DNA of 64,000 nt from Candidatus Poribacteria bacterium (lineage in GTDB: Bacteria; Poribacteria; WGA-4E; PCPOR2b). Position numbers and translations under genes: made by a program. Under the pieces are notes generated by a model that made no database searches, was not told the origin of the DNA, and saw only the letters and a program-made list of their open reading frames with translations. Of this stretch, positions 31,721 through 42,539 are shown piece by piece. Numbering within the stretch: the stretch's first letter is position 1; each line of letters starts with the position of its first letter. The stretch covers positions 5,216,001 through 5,280,000 of the forward strand of contig OZ244042.1 in NCBI GenBank assembly GCA_965215015.1, given 5' to 3'.

Positions 31721-32430
31721 GCTGCTCCTCCCTCTTTGATTTTGTCCTTTCTTTCGGTACGCTTCAAACGTAGTAGTGGTGGGGGTGTTGCTAAATTGGC
31801 AGTGGTGTTAAGTTGCATTGCTGCTTTGGACAACCTATCGTGTAATTTTTAAAAATTACCTATATCTATAATATACTATCACACATTTCAAGCGATATGA
31901 AAAAAAAGAATTGATAATACCATCCGGGATTCTGTATAATTTCTATGATATTATAAAGCCTTGTGAAAACTGAAAGGAAGGCAATTTTGATGAAGCGATA
32001 TACAGATTGTGGACAAACCCAGTCGAGCCAATTTCTTGTGGTTATAACTCAATTTTTATGCCAAACATTTACTGACAACAAGAAACACAGTCAGAACGAT
32101 TTGGAGATCTCTCCAACCCGCGAATCTCATCGTCGGATCTGAATACGTATCGCTACTCACGACATACCCGCGTTCAGGATACAGCAATGGACTAACAACC
32201 TATCCAGTGCATTTACGTGCTTTGAACAATGTAGTCTTAAAACCGTCCTGAAATGGGATGGATTTTGCTTGCAGATGGGTAAGAGATTGCCCAATGCTGT
32301 GCAAACTGGCTATTTGATGATTGTTAGAGAGACTATATTGGTTCATTGGTTGATTGAACCGATGAATCCTATACATAAGCTAAGGGAAATTGAGATTAAC
32401 CACCTTTGGCTGAAATTAGAAAGGAGTAAT

Positions 32431-33384
32431 ATGACACTTGACGATATTCAACAAATCGCTATCATTGGGGCGGGTTTGATGGGACATGGGATTGCCCAAG
32501 AATTTGCCTTTGCCGGCTATCAGGTTCATCTGCACGATGTGAGCAAAGCACAGGTCGAAACCGGAATGGAGCGGATACGAGACAACCTTCGGGTGTTTGT
32601 AGAAAACGACCTCGCTAGGCCGGATCAGATTGATGAAACGCTCAATCGGATTCACGGGTCGGACCAGCTTGAAACCGTTGGCGGAGAATCGGATTTCGTC
32701 ATTGAAGCGGTGATCGAAAATCTGCCCCTCAAGCAGGAGGTGTTCCGCGAACTGGATCGGATCTGTCCGCCGCACACGATTTTTGCGAGCAACACGACGG
32801 CACAGATGCCTTCGCAAATCGGTGTGTTTACCCGGCGTCAAGATAAAATCCTGAACACCCACTATTTTAATCCGCCTTATCTCATCCCCCTCGTTGAACT
32901 GATTCGGAGTCCAAAAACGTCGGATGAGACGTTGCAGGTGGTGTATGATTTGATGGTGAAAATCGGGAAAACACCAGCAATTATCCAGAAGGAGGTCCCC
33001 GGCTTTGTAGGGCCTCGCTTGCAAGCTGCACTCATCCGGGAAGCTTTCTCAATTGTCGAGCGCGGCATCGCCACCCCGAAGGATGTCGATTTGGTGGTCC
33101 GCAATAGCTTCGGGCGTCGTTTGAGCGTGGCTGGACCGTTTCAGGTGTTTGAGTTGGCAGGATGGGATCTCGTCCTTGCAGCGTTTGAGGATCTCTACAA
33201 AGATCTCAACAGTTCATCGGAGATTAACCCGCTTCTCCGCGAAATGGTTGAGGGAGAAAAGCTCGGCGTCAAGTCGGGAGAGGGGTTCTACGAATGGACG
33301 CCTGAAAGAATTGAGGAGATTCGCGCTCGGATGAACCGGACGTTGATTGGTCGGCTGAAGGAAGACGTGAAATGTGAAACGTGA
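32431..33384 (+). CDS. 3-hydroxyacyl-CoA dehydrogenase family protein
   Basis: IIGAGLMGHGIA, VIEAVIENL, ASNT, HYFNPP, GFVGPRLQ, LGVKSGEGFY; AAGGAG RBS. Confidence 0.93.
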   Translation: MTLDDIQQIAIIGAGLMGHGIAQEFAFAGYQVHLHDVSKAQVETGMERIRDNLRVFVENDLARPDQIDETLNRIHGSDQLETVGGESDFVIEAVIENLPLKQEVFRELDRICPPHTIFASNTTAQMPSQIGVFTRRQDKILNTHYFNPPYLIPLVELIRSPKTSDETLQVVYDLMVKIGKTPAIIQKEVPGFVGPRLQAALIREAFSIVERGIATPKDVDLVVRNSFGRRLSVAGPFQVFELAGWDLVLAAFEDLYKDLNSSSEINPLLREMVEGEKLGVKSGEGFYEWTPERIEEIRARMNRTLIGRLKEDVKCET

Positions 33385-33700
33385 AACATGTCAGATGTTC
33401 GAGGAAGCGTTGCTAAATGAGCAACGGCGCGTCGGTTCGGTTGAATGGCAACCCCTAAAAAGTCCTATGCAGAGAGGAGGCTTTGAGGTTTTATATCACT
33501 TGAGATTTCCAAAATACGGGTGAAACCTAACACTTCATCTGCGTTCAAGCCAACCACAGGGTATAGTTAAAAATCGCACGACAGAAACCGAGTCTTCTCT
33601 TGCAAACTCAGTTTCTCTTTGCGCTTTGCACTTTCTTGTTACATGAACCTCATTTTTTGTATGATTATTGTCTGACAGCTCTACTTTTCAGAAAAAACCC

Positions 33701-33729
33701 TTGCCTAAATTTAGAAAATCGCTTATAAT
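33701..33729 (+). promoter_or_regulatory. Sigma70-type promoter
   Basis: TTGCCT-N17-TATAAT upstream of 33821. Confidence 0.6.
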
Positions 33730-33820
33730 AACATTATTCTCTGAATGATAATGGAGAATAGCTTTGCATAAGGTATAACATAACTAAAAAATTAACCTCT
33801 ATGATGAAAGGAGTTATTTA

Positions 33821-36064
33821 GTGAAATATCAGATTCCTAGGCCATGCGTGTTTTTTGCCATTTTAGCTGCATTTATGTTACTTGCAGTTCAAAGTGTGAC
33901 ATATGGTCAAACAGTTTCAATAGACCCATCTGAGGTAGCGGCTCCAGCGGCTGGAGAAGAGTTGATGGTTAGTGTCAACATCACGGGCGGAGCGGATGTA
34001 GCTGGCTATGAAATAACAGTTACGTTTGATCCAACAGCCCTCTCGTATGTCAGTAGCTCAAATGGAGATTATTTGCCTGCCGGTGCGTTTGTTGTGCCCC
34101 CGGTTGCCACCGATACAAGTGCTAAACTCGCTGCAACCGCCCTTGGTGCTACAGCAGATGGGGATGGCACGCTTGCCACAATAACCTTTACAGTCGTCGA
34201 AGCCAAGGACTCCATGATTGGGTTAGAGGCCATTGTTTCTGACCCGGCGGCGGTTACAATAGATGTGACAGTCCAAGGCGGCATGGTTACCGGACCTGCG
34301 CCGGAAATGCCTTCGGAGCCAGAAATGCCCGCAGAACCGGAAGCACCTGCAGAACCGGAAATGCCCACAGAACCAGAGATGCCCACAGAACCGGAAACGC
34401 CTGCAGAACCGGAAATGCCCACAGAACCAGAGATGCCTGCAGAACCGGAAATGCCCGAGGTTGTTGAATTTACAGTAACGCTGACAAACCTCACTGTAGG
34501 TGTTCCAGCCGAAAGCGGTCAGATTTTTTCACCGCCAATCCTTGTGACACATGGACATGGATTTTCCATCGGTGCATCGGGTGAGGCAGCGAGCGAGCAA
34601 CTCACCGCACTGGCGGAAACGGGTAATCACCAGCCGCTTGCTGAATTGGCTATAGGTTCAAACGCAGTAGGCAGTGTCGTTGCATTTCCTGATCCTCCTG
34701 AAGGGGTAGTGCTGCCTAGCGCGTCCGTTTCCGCGACGGTGACGGCTAGTTCTGATACAGGGTATCTCTCATTAGCGACGATGCTTGTGCAGACCAACGA
34801 TGGCATTGTTTTGGCTAACAGTTTACCGCTCTTCGACGAAGATGGTAACGCTCGTTCGTTTACAATGGATCTTATAGCCTATGACGCGGGTACGGAGGAG
34901 AATAACGAGCTAGCAACGCATGTTCCGGGCCCACCTTTTGAAGGCGGTGAACGTGCACCAACTGAAGACGTTATTGCAGCGCACCCCGGTATCGCTGGCA
35001 CTGCCGATGTGGGAGCTGCGTTTGGTTGGACAGAGCCTACCGCGAGCGTGGCAGTTGAAGCGATGGTAGAGATGCCTGAGATACCTACGGAGCCGGAAAT
35101 GCCCGTGGAGCCAGAGCCTCCTGTAGAACCCGAACCAACCGTGAAGCCTACGGATACGTTCGAGATGTCATTGGCAGTGGGGCTGAACATGATCTCCTTA
35201 CCTCTGATGCCGGCGGAGCCATACACGGCGAGTAGCTTTGCTGACATGGTTGGTGCAACCGTTGTGATTCAGCTCGATACAGCGATGCAAGAATTTGTTG
35301 GGTTCACCGCAGATCAGGAGGGCGATGGATTCCCAATTGAAGGCGGTAAGGGCTACATTGTTAACGTTCCCGGCGGCGGCACCGTCACGTTTGGGGGAAC
35401 GGCGTGGAGTAACACCTCGGAGGAAACACCGGCCGCCCCAGGTGTCCAACTTCCGAGTACAGCGTGGGCGTTCGTTGTCAGCGGCGATCTACTAGAAACT
35501 GAGGCGGGTGTGTCCTACACCGTCGTTGCGAAAAATCACCGCACCGGTGAAGTCGCGACAAGGCAAGTTTCCAGCGGCCACACGGAATTTAACGCCGTAT
35601 GGGCAGACCTTACGCGACAGAGTGTCGTCGAAGCCGGGGATACGCTAGAGGTTATCCTGCTGAATGAGTGGGACAATATCGTATCGGGTCCCTTCACCCA
35701 TAAGGTTGGGATTGAAGACCTTCGGAAGGCTTACTTGAGCTTACCCCTGACCGTCGGCGATGTCCATCCGGCAGATACCATCTTAGGCCAGAACTTCCCC
35801 AATCCGTTCAACCCTGAAACATGGATTCCATACCAACTTGAAAAATCGGCAGATGTCGTTCTCCAGATTTTCGACACGTCCGGTAGCATCGTACGGACAC
35901 TGGATCTCGGTTTCAAGTCGCAAGGGTTCTACATGACGCGGTCCACAGCGGCGTACTGGGATGGTCGTAACAACATGGGTGAGCAGGTTGCTTCTGGGGT
36001 TTACTTCTACAGTTTGGAAACCCCTGATTTTTCGGCAACCCGGAAAATGCTGATTTTGAAGTAG
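33821..36064 (+). CDS. Secreted protein: cohesin-like domain, PEMPxE linker, Spondin_N domain, C-terminal FlgD-Ig/T9SS-like domain
   Basis: Signal peptide; VAGYEITVTFDPTALSYV...GDGTLATITF (cohesin); FSPP..TH, ATMLVQTNDG, YDAGTEEN (spondin); NFPNPFNPETWIPYQL...RKMLILK. Confidence 0.85.
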   Translation: MKYQIPRPCVFFAILAAFMLLAVQSVTYGQTVSIDPSEVAAPAAGEELMVSVNITGGADVAGYEITVTFDPTALSYVSSSNGDYLPAGAFVVPPVATDTSAKLAATALGATADGDGTLATITFTVVEAKDSMIGLEAIVSDPAAVTIDVTVQGGMVTGPAPEMPSEPEMPAEPEAPAEPEMPTEPEMPTEPETPAEPEMPTEPEMPAEPEMPEVVEFTVTLTNLTVGVPAESGQIFSPPILVTHGHGFSIGASGEAASEQLTALAETGNHQPLAELAIGSNAVGSVVAFPDPPEGVVLPSASVSATVTASSDTGYLSLATMLVQTNDGIVLANSLPLFDEDGNARSFTMDLIAYDAGTEENNELATHVPGPPFEGGERAPTEDVIAAHPGIAGTADVGAAFGWTEPTASVAVEAMVEMPEIPTEPEMPVEPEPPVEPEPTVKPTDTFEMSLAVGLNMISLPLMPAEPYTASSFADMVGATVVIQLDTAMQEFVGFTADQEGDGFPIEGGKGYIVNVPGGGTVTFGGTAWSNTSEETPAAPGVQLPSTAWAFVVSGDLLETEAGVSYTVVAKNHRTGEVATRQVSSGHTEFNAVWADLTRQSVVEAGDTLEVILLNEWDNIVSGPFTHKVGIEDLRKAYLSLPLTVGDVHPADTILGQNFPNPFNPETWIPYQLEKSADVVLQIFDTSGSIVRTLDLGFKSQGFYMTRSTAAYWDGRNNMGEQVASGVYFYSLETPDFSATRKMLILK
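34301..34459 (+). repeat. 18-bp tandem repeat encoding PEMP(A/T)E (~9 units)
   Basis: ccggaaatgcccacagaa-like units. Confidence 0.9.
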
Positions 36065-36311
36065 GGCTGTGAAACGTGAAATGTGAAAATAATTTATTCA
36101 TCGGTTCGTTTAGTTGGCTCATTTTAGTTGACTCATTAATGAACGGGTGAACTAATGAACCCATGTAATCTTTACCAACTCGCACCAAAAGTTATTAAAT
36201 TTCTAAAAACGATGGGAGCATCGGGCTATCGGACAAGAGATATTGTTTATTGCCCCATGCTCCCATTTTTGCGTAGAAGTTAGTTTTCACATTGCAAGGA
36301 GAATGTTTGTT

Positions 36312-39300
36312 ATGAATAAGCAGATGACCTCCATATCCATGGTAATTGCCCTCTATACAATCCTAATATGTATTCCATTTTCGGTATATGCCGAAAGGGG
36401 GATGAGACAACAGATTCAACTGAAAGCAGGAGCGGCGTTACAGCGGATCAAATCCAATTCAGAGACTCCTGTCGGTGCAAGATGGCATCGGGATCGAGGG
36501 ACAATCCGCAGCCTCTACAATTTGACACTGTCCCCCCCAATCGGGACGCTAGAAACCTCAGTGCGTCAATGCCTTAACAACTATTGCGACCTTTTTGCGA
36601 TGACCGATCCGAACATCGAGCTGCGTCTGATGGCTATCCAAACCAGCTTAACGGGTAGGCATGTGCGATTCCATCAATACTATAAAGGTATTGAGGTTTA
36701 CGGTGCGGCGATTTCCGTCCACACCAACCACTCTGGACAGATACGGGTCATCCACAACAACTACTTTCCACAGATCGATATCAGTACCGCGGCATCACTC
36801 TCCCCGGAAGGTGCGATTGACATTACTATCGCCGAGTCCGGTGTATCTGATTTGCACAAGGCCCCACATGCTAATTTGGTAATTTTTCCCAATCCTAATG
36901 TAGGACAGATAGGCACCTATGCCAATGCATATCGCCTCGCTTACCGCACCATCGTGCACTCCCGTCAGCCGGTCGCAAGTTGGGAGTATATCATTGATGC
37001 CAATACCGGCGAGTCGTTGCACCGACGGAACCGACTCAGGTTTGCTGACGGACGGGGACGCGTTTTTAACCCGAATCCCGTTGTCGCTCTAAAAGATTTT
37101 AGCCTCATGGATCAGGACGATTCTGCCGACGCTATACCAGAAGAAGCGTACACGGAGGTGATTCTACCTGAGTTGGACGGGACTGGTTTTCTTGATGGGC
37201 CCTACGTGAGTACGAGATTGACCGAAAATCGTGCTAACGAGCCGACGCTGGAGTTCAACTACCTCCGAGATGACCCCCGATTTGAGGAGGTGATGGTCTA
37301 TTATCACGTTGATGCCGTTGGACGTTATCTAAAAGGACTCGGCTTCGATTTCGTAGACAATTGGCAGATTCCTGCAAATGCACATTTTGGTAGGACCAAG
37401 AATGCTTTCTACGACGATAGTGACGGCTCGATTAATTTCGGGGATGCTGGTGTTGATACTGCCGAAGATGCTGAAGTGATCATCCACGAATATGGCCACG
37501 CGATTCTTGATCGACAGGTTCCTAACATTAACAAAGGTGAAGGCAAGGCGATACATGAAGGGTTTAGTGATTTTCTCGCAGCCAGTTTTTTCAGTGCTGT
37601 AAGTGACGGTTTTGGGGACTCGATCGTTTTTGAATGGGTTGGCTCAGATGCCTCTGAATTGATCACTCGTTCCGTAAATGGTAACAAGCACTATCCCGAA
37701 GACATTGTGGGTGCCCCACACCCTGATGGGGAGATTTGGTCTGCAGCACTATGGGAGATTTTTGAAACAATAGGACGTGATGCGTCGATCCGCTTGGTTG
37801 TCGAAAGCCATTTCTTTCTTTCGCCCGATGCGGAATTTGTTGATGGGGCATCCGCGATTTTTTTGGCAGATCAAGAACTGAATGGCGGCATAAACTTTGA
37901 CCTCATCTTGGGAATTATGGAGAACCGTGGATTCTTTACGCCGCCCAGATTGGCATCGGATGCCTTTGAGGAGAACGATACAGCAGAGACCGCAGCTGTG
38001 ATCCAATTGCCCTTTGTCAACGAGAGGTTGTCGGTTCATACACCAGATAATGATGATTACTATCAATTCCGTTTAGATGAGACGATGCAAGTCGGGTTGG
38101 GAATTGATTTTCAACCTATCTACGGCGAGTTGATGCTTACATTGACTGGACCTAATGGTATCGAGCTCGTTACCTTCGAGACGAAAGAGGTCACATCGCT
38201 TGAATTAGTGGAGGGCGATTATCTCGTTGCAGTTTCTAGCGTCAACGGTGCGACCAACGATTATAAGCTGGCACTCATCATTGACAGCCACGGCGATACG
38301 CCTGACACGGCAACCCCTGTAGCGATCGGCGACACAATAGAGAGTTTCATTGACTTCAGTGGAGATACGGATTTCTTCGCATTTGAAGGTGAGAAAGGGC
38401 AGCCTATTGGCATCACTGTTATAACTAAGAGATCCGACCTCGACTCTCTACTCGTTGTCTATACGCCGGATGGTGAGCTTTTCGCTAAAAATGATGATAT
38501 CTTTCCAACCACCGTTCTGGCTCCGATTCCTGAATCGCTGAATCCACGTGGTATTGATTCCCGTGTGAATGCAGAGTTACCAGTCGAGGGAACCTACCTA
38601 ATCGCTGTCAGCAACGTTGCGCTTCCTAACCTTAACGCTCCCTTCGGTGGTCTGAACTACGCTTACACGTTGTTGATTGGTGGGAAGACCGATGACCATG
38701 CAGCGTGCGGTAGTGGCGAGGAAACGCCGTTGACCTTCGATGAACCCGTAACCGGGGTCATTACTGTCAGCGACTCTGAATCTCGCGAGGCTCATGACTT
38801 GGACGGTTTCCAATTTGAAGCATCAGAGGGTACTGTCATTGCCCTACGCGTTGAGATAGAAAAGCCTAAACCAGAGGTAGTATTCATAGGTACCCGACTT
38901 AGGCTTGTGGACGCGTTTGGAGAAACGTTGGCATCTATTGAGAGCAATCCCCAGAGCTTGGAGCTGGGGATTGATGGATTTCTCATCCCCGCCGATAGCA
39001 TGTATTGTGTCGAGGTTGCCGGTTTCGTGGGAGGCGCGCCCGATTCCACTTATACCTATACACTGACGTTATCTGAAGGCGAACTCCCTGAAGATGACCA
39101 CGACGACCTAAAGGGTACACCGACTCCCTTAACGGTAGATATTCCTGTCGAGGGAGCCCTCAGTTTTGCGGGGGATGCCGATGCGTTTCAGTTTACTGCT
39201 ACAGGGGGACAAATCATTACGTTAGTGGTGGGCGGGCAACCCGCGACTCCATTCCTTCATTTAGTTTTGACCCTGTATAATAGCGATTTGCAGCGTTTAG

Positions 39301-40319
39301 CAGAGGTTCCACTCTTTGTAGAAGAGTTTGATTCGATGCTAGAAGGTTTTGAAATTCCTGTGGATGGAACTTACTATGCCGAGATTAAACATTCCGAGGG
39401 AAGGGGGACGGATTTTACCTACACACTAACCCTAACCATCGAAGAAGGAGACGGTGAGGGTAAATTTCCCCCTTATGATGTCAACCAAGATGGCAAGGTG
39501 GACATTTTTGATCTCGTGCTTGTCGGTCAACATTTCGGCGAAAAATTCATTAACGTTACGCCAACCGCAGATTTTGGGCAACTTCGGTCGGTATCACCCG
39601 AAGGGGAGTTGCGCCTCCTGATGACCCCGAGTGCAACGGATACACGCCAATTGAGTGTCTCAATCCACACTACAGCGATTGCGGATCTTTACGGTTACCA
39701 TTTTTCAATCCAGTACGATCCGGCGGTATTCGAGCTCCTTGCTGCATCACCAGGTCCGGTTTTAACCGCTGCGCTTCCCCAAAGTTACTGGCATATCTCC
39801 CAGCAAGGTGCCCAGCTGCAGCTAATACAAACACGCCAAGGAACGCTAAAAGGTGTAACAGCAGAGGGGGCACTGGCTACGCTTGTTTTTAATGTCGAAA
39901 AAACGGCGTTCCCTTCGTCGGAGCCTCCCATCCAGCTGATTGACCTGCAACTAGCGGATTCGCGGACAAGAGCAATTCCGGTAAACGTGGTTGGTGAGCG
40001 TGTGTTAATGGCAGAGCTATTTCCTGAGAAACCGATGTTGTTGCAAAACTATCCAAACCCGTTTAATCCAGAAACATGGATTCCGTATCAATTGGCTACC
40101 GATTCAGAAGTGATTATCTCAATTTACGATATACGGGGTGAGTGTATCCGTCAATTAGATCTCGGTTATCAGTACGTTGGGACGTACATCACTCGCGGTA
40201 GGGCGGCTTACTGGAACGGAGAAGATATGTATGATGAGCCGGTTGCGAGCGGCTTATATTTCTATCAGATCCAGGCAGGGACGTTTTCTATGAGTCGCAA
40301 AATGGTTATTCTGAAATAA
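36312..40319 (+). CDS. Secreted M36/M4-like zinc metallopeptidase with PPC-like repeats, dockerin-like and cohesin-like domains and C-terminal FlgD-Ig/T9SS-like domain
   Basis: FTP/PepSY-like propeptide, NAFY, HEYGH..EGFSD, H.DGEIWS; DDH.D repeats; DVNQDGKVDIFDLVLVGQHFG; NYPNPFNPETWIPYQL...RKMVILK. Confidence 0.88.
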   Translation: MNKQMTSISMVIALYTILICIPFSVYAERGMRQQIQLKAGAALQRIKSNSETPVGARWHRDRGTIRSLYNLTLSPPIGTLETSVRQCLNNYCDLFAMTDPNIELRLMAIQTSLTGRHVRFHQYYKGIEVYGAAISVHTNHSGQIRVIHNNYFPQIDISTAASLSPEGAIDITIAESGVSDLHKAPHANLVIFPNPNVGQIGTYANAYRLAYRTIVHSRQPVASWEYIIDANTGESLHRRNRLRFADGRGRVFNPNPVVALKDFSLMDQDDSADAIPEEAYTEVILPELDGTGFLDGPYVSTRLTENRANEPTLEFNYLRDDPRFEEVMVYYHVDAVGRYLKGLGFDFVDNWQIPANAHFGRTKNAFYDDSDGSINFGDAGVDTAEDAEVIIHEYGHAILDRQVPNINKGEGKAIHEGFSDFLAASFFSAVSDGFGDSIVFEWVGSDASELITRSVNGNKHYPEDIVGAPHPDGEIWSAALWEIFETIGRDASIRLVVESHFFLSPDAEFVDGASAIFLADQELNGGINFDLILGIMENRGFFTPPRLASDAFEENDTAETAAVIQLPFVNERLSVHTPDNDDYYQFRLDETMQVGLGIDFQPIYGELMLTLTGPNGIELVTFETKEVTSLELVEGDYLVAVSSVNGATNDYKLALIIDSHGDTPDTATPVAIGDTIESFIDFSGDTDFFAFEGEKGQPIGITVITKRSDLDSLLVVYTPDGELFAKNDDIFPTTVLAPIPESLNPRGIDSRVNAELPVEGTYLIAVSNVALPNLNAPFGGLNYAYTLLIGGKTDDHAACGSGEETPLTFDEPVTGVITVSDSESREAHDLDGFQFEASEGTVIALRVEIEKPKPEVVFIGTRLRLVDAFGETLASIESNPQSLELGIDGFLIPADSMYCVEVAGFVGGAPDSTYTYTLTLSEGELPEDDHDDLKGTPTPLTVDIPVEGALSFAGDADAFQFTATGGQIITLVVGGQPATPFLHLVLTLYNSDLQRLAEVPLFVEEFDSMLEGFEIPVDGTYYAEIKHSEGRGTDFTYTLTLTIEEGDGEGKFPPYDVNQDGKVDIFDLVLVGQHFGEKFINVTPTADFGQLRSVSPEGELRLLMTPSATDTRQLSVSIHTTAIADLYGYHFSIQYDPAVFELLAASPGPVLTAALPQSYWHISQQGAQLQLIQTRQGTLKGVTAEGALATLVFNVEKTAFPSSEPPIQLIDLQLADSRTRAIPVNVVGERVLMAELFPEKPMLLQNYPNPFNPETWIPYQLATDSEVIISIYDIRGECIRQLDLGYQYVGTYITRGRAAYWNGEDMYDEPVASGLYFYQIQAGTFSMSRKMVILK

Positions 40320-40320
40320 G

Positions 40321-42249
40321 ATGCTTAGACAAGAACCCTCTACCAGAATAACTAAACGTGCAGTGCTGATTGGTGTGGTGTTGATTATTGCCAACAGCTA
40401 TTGGATTGCCTATGTCGAGATGTTGTGGCATACCGCCCACCTGACGATTGTTACGTTGTCGGTCAACGTTATGTTTGCCCTGTTGGTGATTACAGGTTTG
40501 AACATCGTTGTCCGTCAGATTGCCCCGAGTGCTGCACTCAGTCGGCAAGATCTGCTGGTCATCTATGGGATGCTTGCTGTGGGGAGTGCTTTTTCTGGGC
40601 ATGACTGCATGCCTCGCTTGATGGGACTCATCCCCTATGCCTTTCGTTTTGCGACTCCTGAAAACGATTGGGAGGCCCTGCTATTTCGCCATTTGCCCCC
40701 GTGGCTGGTTGTCTCCGATCTGCGGGCGGTTACTGACTTCTTTGAGGGAGAAGTTGATTTTTTTAGAGATGGTTATTTTCGATATTGGATCACGCCTATC
40801 CTATCGTGGTCGGTCGTCATCTTTTCGTTGATGCTGATTTTTCTCTGTTTGACCTCCCTTATCAGGCGGCAGTGGGTGGTGCACGAAAAATTGGCGTATC
40901 CCGTGATTCAGATTCCGCTCGAAATCACGGCGGACAACGGAGCAATCTTCGGGAACCGTCTACTCTGGCTGGGGTTTGGTATTGCTGCGGGAATCAATAT
41001 ACTCAACGGGCTGCAGTATTTCTTTCCGGCATTGCCCTCAATTCCTGTCAAGCAATATGACCTCAACATCTACTTTACGCAGAAGCCGTGGAGTGCGTTG
41101 GGGAGTATGCCGTTGCGGCTGCATCCCTATATGATTGGGCTCGGTTTTATTCTGCCCTTGGACCTCTCCTTTTCCTGTGCATTTTTCTATATATTTGGAA
41201 AGATGCAATTGTTGTATGGGAGCATGATGGGTATCATGCACCTGCCGGGGTATCCGTTCTTTGGTGAGCAAGGTACCGGCGCGCTTTTTGCGCTGCTATT
41301 TATCACATGCTGGAGTGGAAGAAGGCATTTCTCGCAGGTAGCCTCTCGTGTTTTTCGTCCAGATCGGGAGGATGAAGCAGAGGAAGCCCTCTCTTATCGC
41401 GCGACAGTCATTATATTGTTTCTTTGCCTTTTGGTGTTGATGGGCTTCTGTGTAAAAAGCGGTATGTCGATCTGGGGTTGTCTGATTTTCATCTCTATCT
41501 ACTTGATAATTATTGTTGGATTGACGCGGATGCGGGCGGAGTTGGGCCCTCCCATTCAGGCGGTCGGCTATGTTACCCCTCAATACATGACAATCTCGAT
41601 ATTCGGCACACGCCGTCTTCGGGCGGGGAATCTGACGATGCTTTCTCTGCTAAATTGGTTGAGTGGAGCGAGCTACGCATCGTTTCGGACGCACCCGATG
41701 CCCGATCAGATGGAAGCGTTCAAACTGGCAGAACGCACCGGGATAAGAAACCGCACGATGCTCATTGTGTTGGTGATTGCCAGTTTTGTGGGGATTGAAT
41801 CGAGCCTCATCCTGTATCCCTACACTATCTACAAGGAAGGCGTTGCAGCGGGTTCGGAGCAGATCCACTCTGGCGGCGCAGAGGCGTACAATTTCCTATC
41901 CTCTTGGCTGATTAATCCGAAGCCCACGGATTGGTTGGCAACGGTAGTTCTCGGTTTAGGTTTTATGATGAATATGGGCATTATGTTTCTACGCGCCCGA
42001 TTTGTTTGGTGTCCGCTTCACCCTGCCGGCTATATTGTCGGTGTTGCCCCCGGTACAATGAACCTTGTCTGGTTTCCCCTGCTGATCGGGATGGCTGCAA
42101 AATGGGTGCTACTCAAGCATGGCGGTATTAAGGCTTATCGGCGTGGGCTGCCTTTCTTTGTTGGGTTGGTACTCGGTGAGGCGTTGATAGGGTGTTTTTG
42201 GCCCATCATGAGTCTTGTGCTACGTTCTGCGGTGTATAGCTGGATTTGA
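40321..42249 (+). CDS. Multi-pass membrane protein (DUF6785/OPT-like putative transporter)
   Basis: About 16 TM segments; RRQW..EKLAYP, TRMRAELG, PLHPAGY, PFFVGLVLGE. Confidence 0.75.
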   Translation: MLRQEPSTRITKRAVLIGVVLIIANSYWIAYVEMLWHTAHLTIVTLSVNVMFALLVITGLNIVVRQIAPSAALSRQDLLVIYGMLAVGSAFSGHDCMPRLMGLIPYAFRFATPENDWEALLFRHLPPWLVVSDLRAVTDFFEGEVDFFRDGYFRYWITPILSWSVVIFSLMLIFLCLTSLIRRQWVVHEKLAYPVIQIPLEITADNGAIFGNRLLWLGFGIAAGINILNGLQYFFPALPSIPVKQYDLNIYFTQKPWSALGSMPLRLHPYMIGLGFILPLDLSFSCAFFYIFGKMQLLYGSMMGIMHLPGYPFFGEQGTGALFALLFITCWSGRRHFSQVASRVFRPDREDEAEEALSYRATVIILFLCLLVLMGFCVKSGMSIWGCLIFISIYLIIIVGLTRMRAELGPPIQAVGYVTPQYMTISIFGTRRLRAGNLTMLSLLNWLSGASYASFRTHPMPDQMEAFKLAERTGIRNRTMLIVLVIASFVGIESSLILYPYTIYKEGVAAGSEQIHSGGAEAYNFLSSWLINPKPTDWLATVVLGLGFMMNMGIMFLRARFVWCPLHPAGYIVGVAPGTMNLVWFPLLIGMAAKWVLLKHGGIKAYRRGLPFFVGLVLGEALIGCFWPIMSLVLRSAVYSWI

Positions 42250-42366
42250 CCGGGTTTCAACCGTTTCCTTCTCCCCTTTCTTCACTAATCTCCCTCCCCA
42301 GTGCCCGTTTCATGATAAGCTTGGTTTGTTAGTTCATTTGTTGATTGGTTCATTGTATTGATGGAC

Positions 42367-42530
42367 AGTTGTCTGAATCAGGATACTCAGGATTCAAGGA
42401 TTGACAGGATAGAAACCGTGAAACGGGATGCGTAAAATTTCGCAGGTTAGGAAACCTGTCCCCACGAGTGGGGGGACACCAAGATGCTAATTCCTCAACT
42501 GCGTCAGTCCTAATTGAGGGGAACTAATTG
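42367..42530 (+). repeat. Solo copy of the ~204-bp unit found tandemly at 52759-53617
   Basis: agttgtctgaatcaggatactcaggattcaagg...ggttaggaaacctgtccccacgagtgggg...ctcaactgcgt.agtcctaattgaggg. Confidence 0.92.
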
Positions 42531-42539
42531 GCATCACTG

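Noticed and set aside
31990-32230. Short ORF after an RBS-like sequence in the AT-rich spacer
   Set aside because: About 50 codons with no recognisable similarity; cannot be supported.
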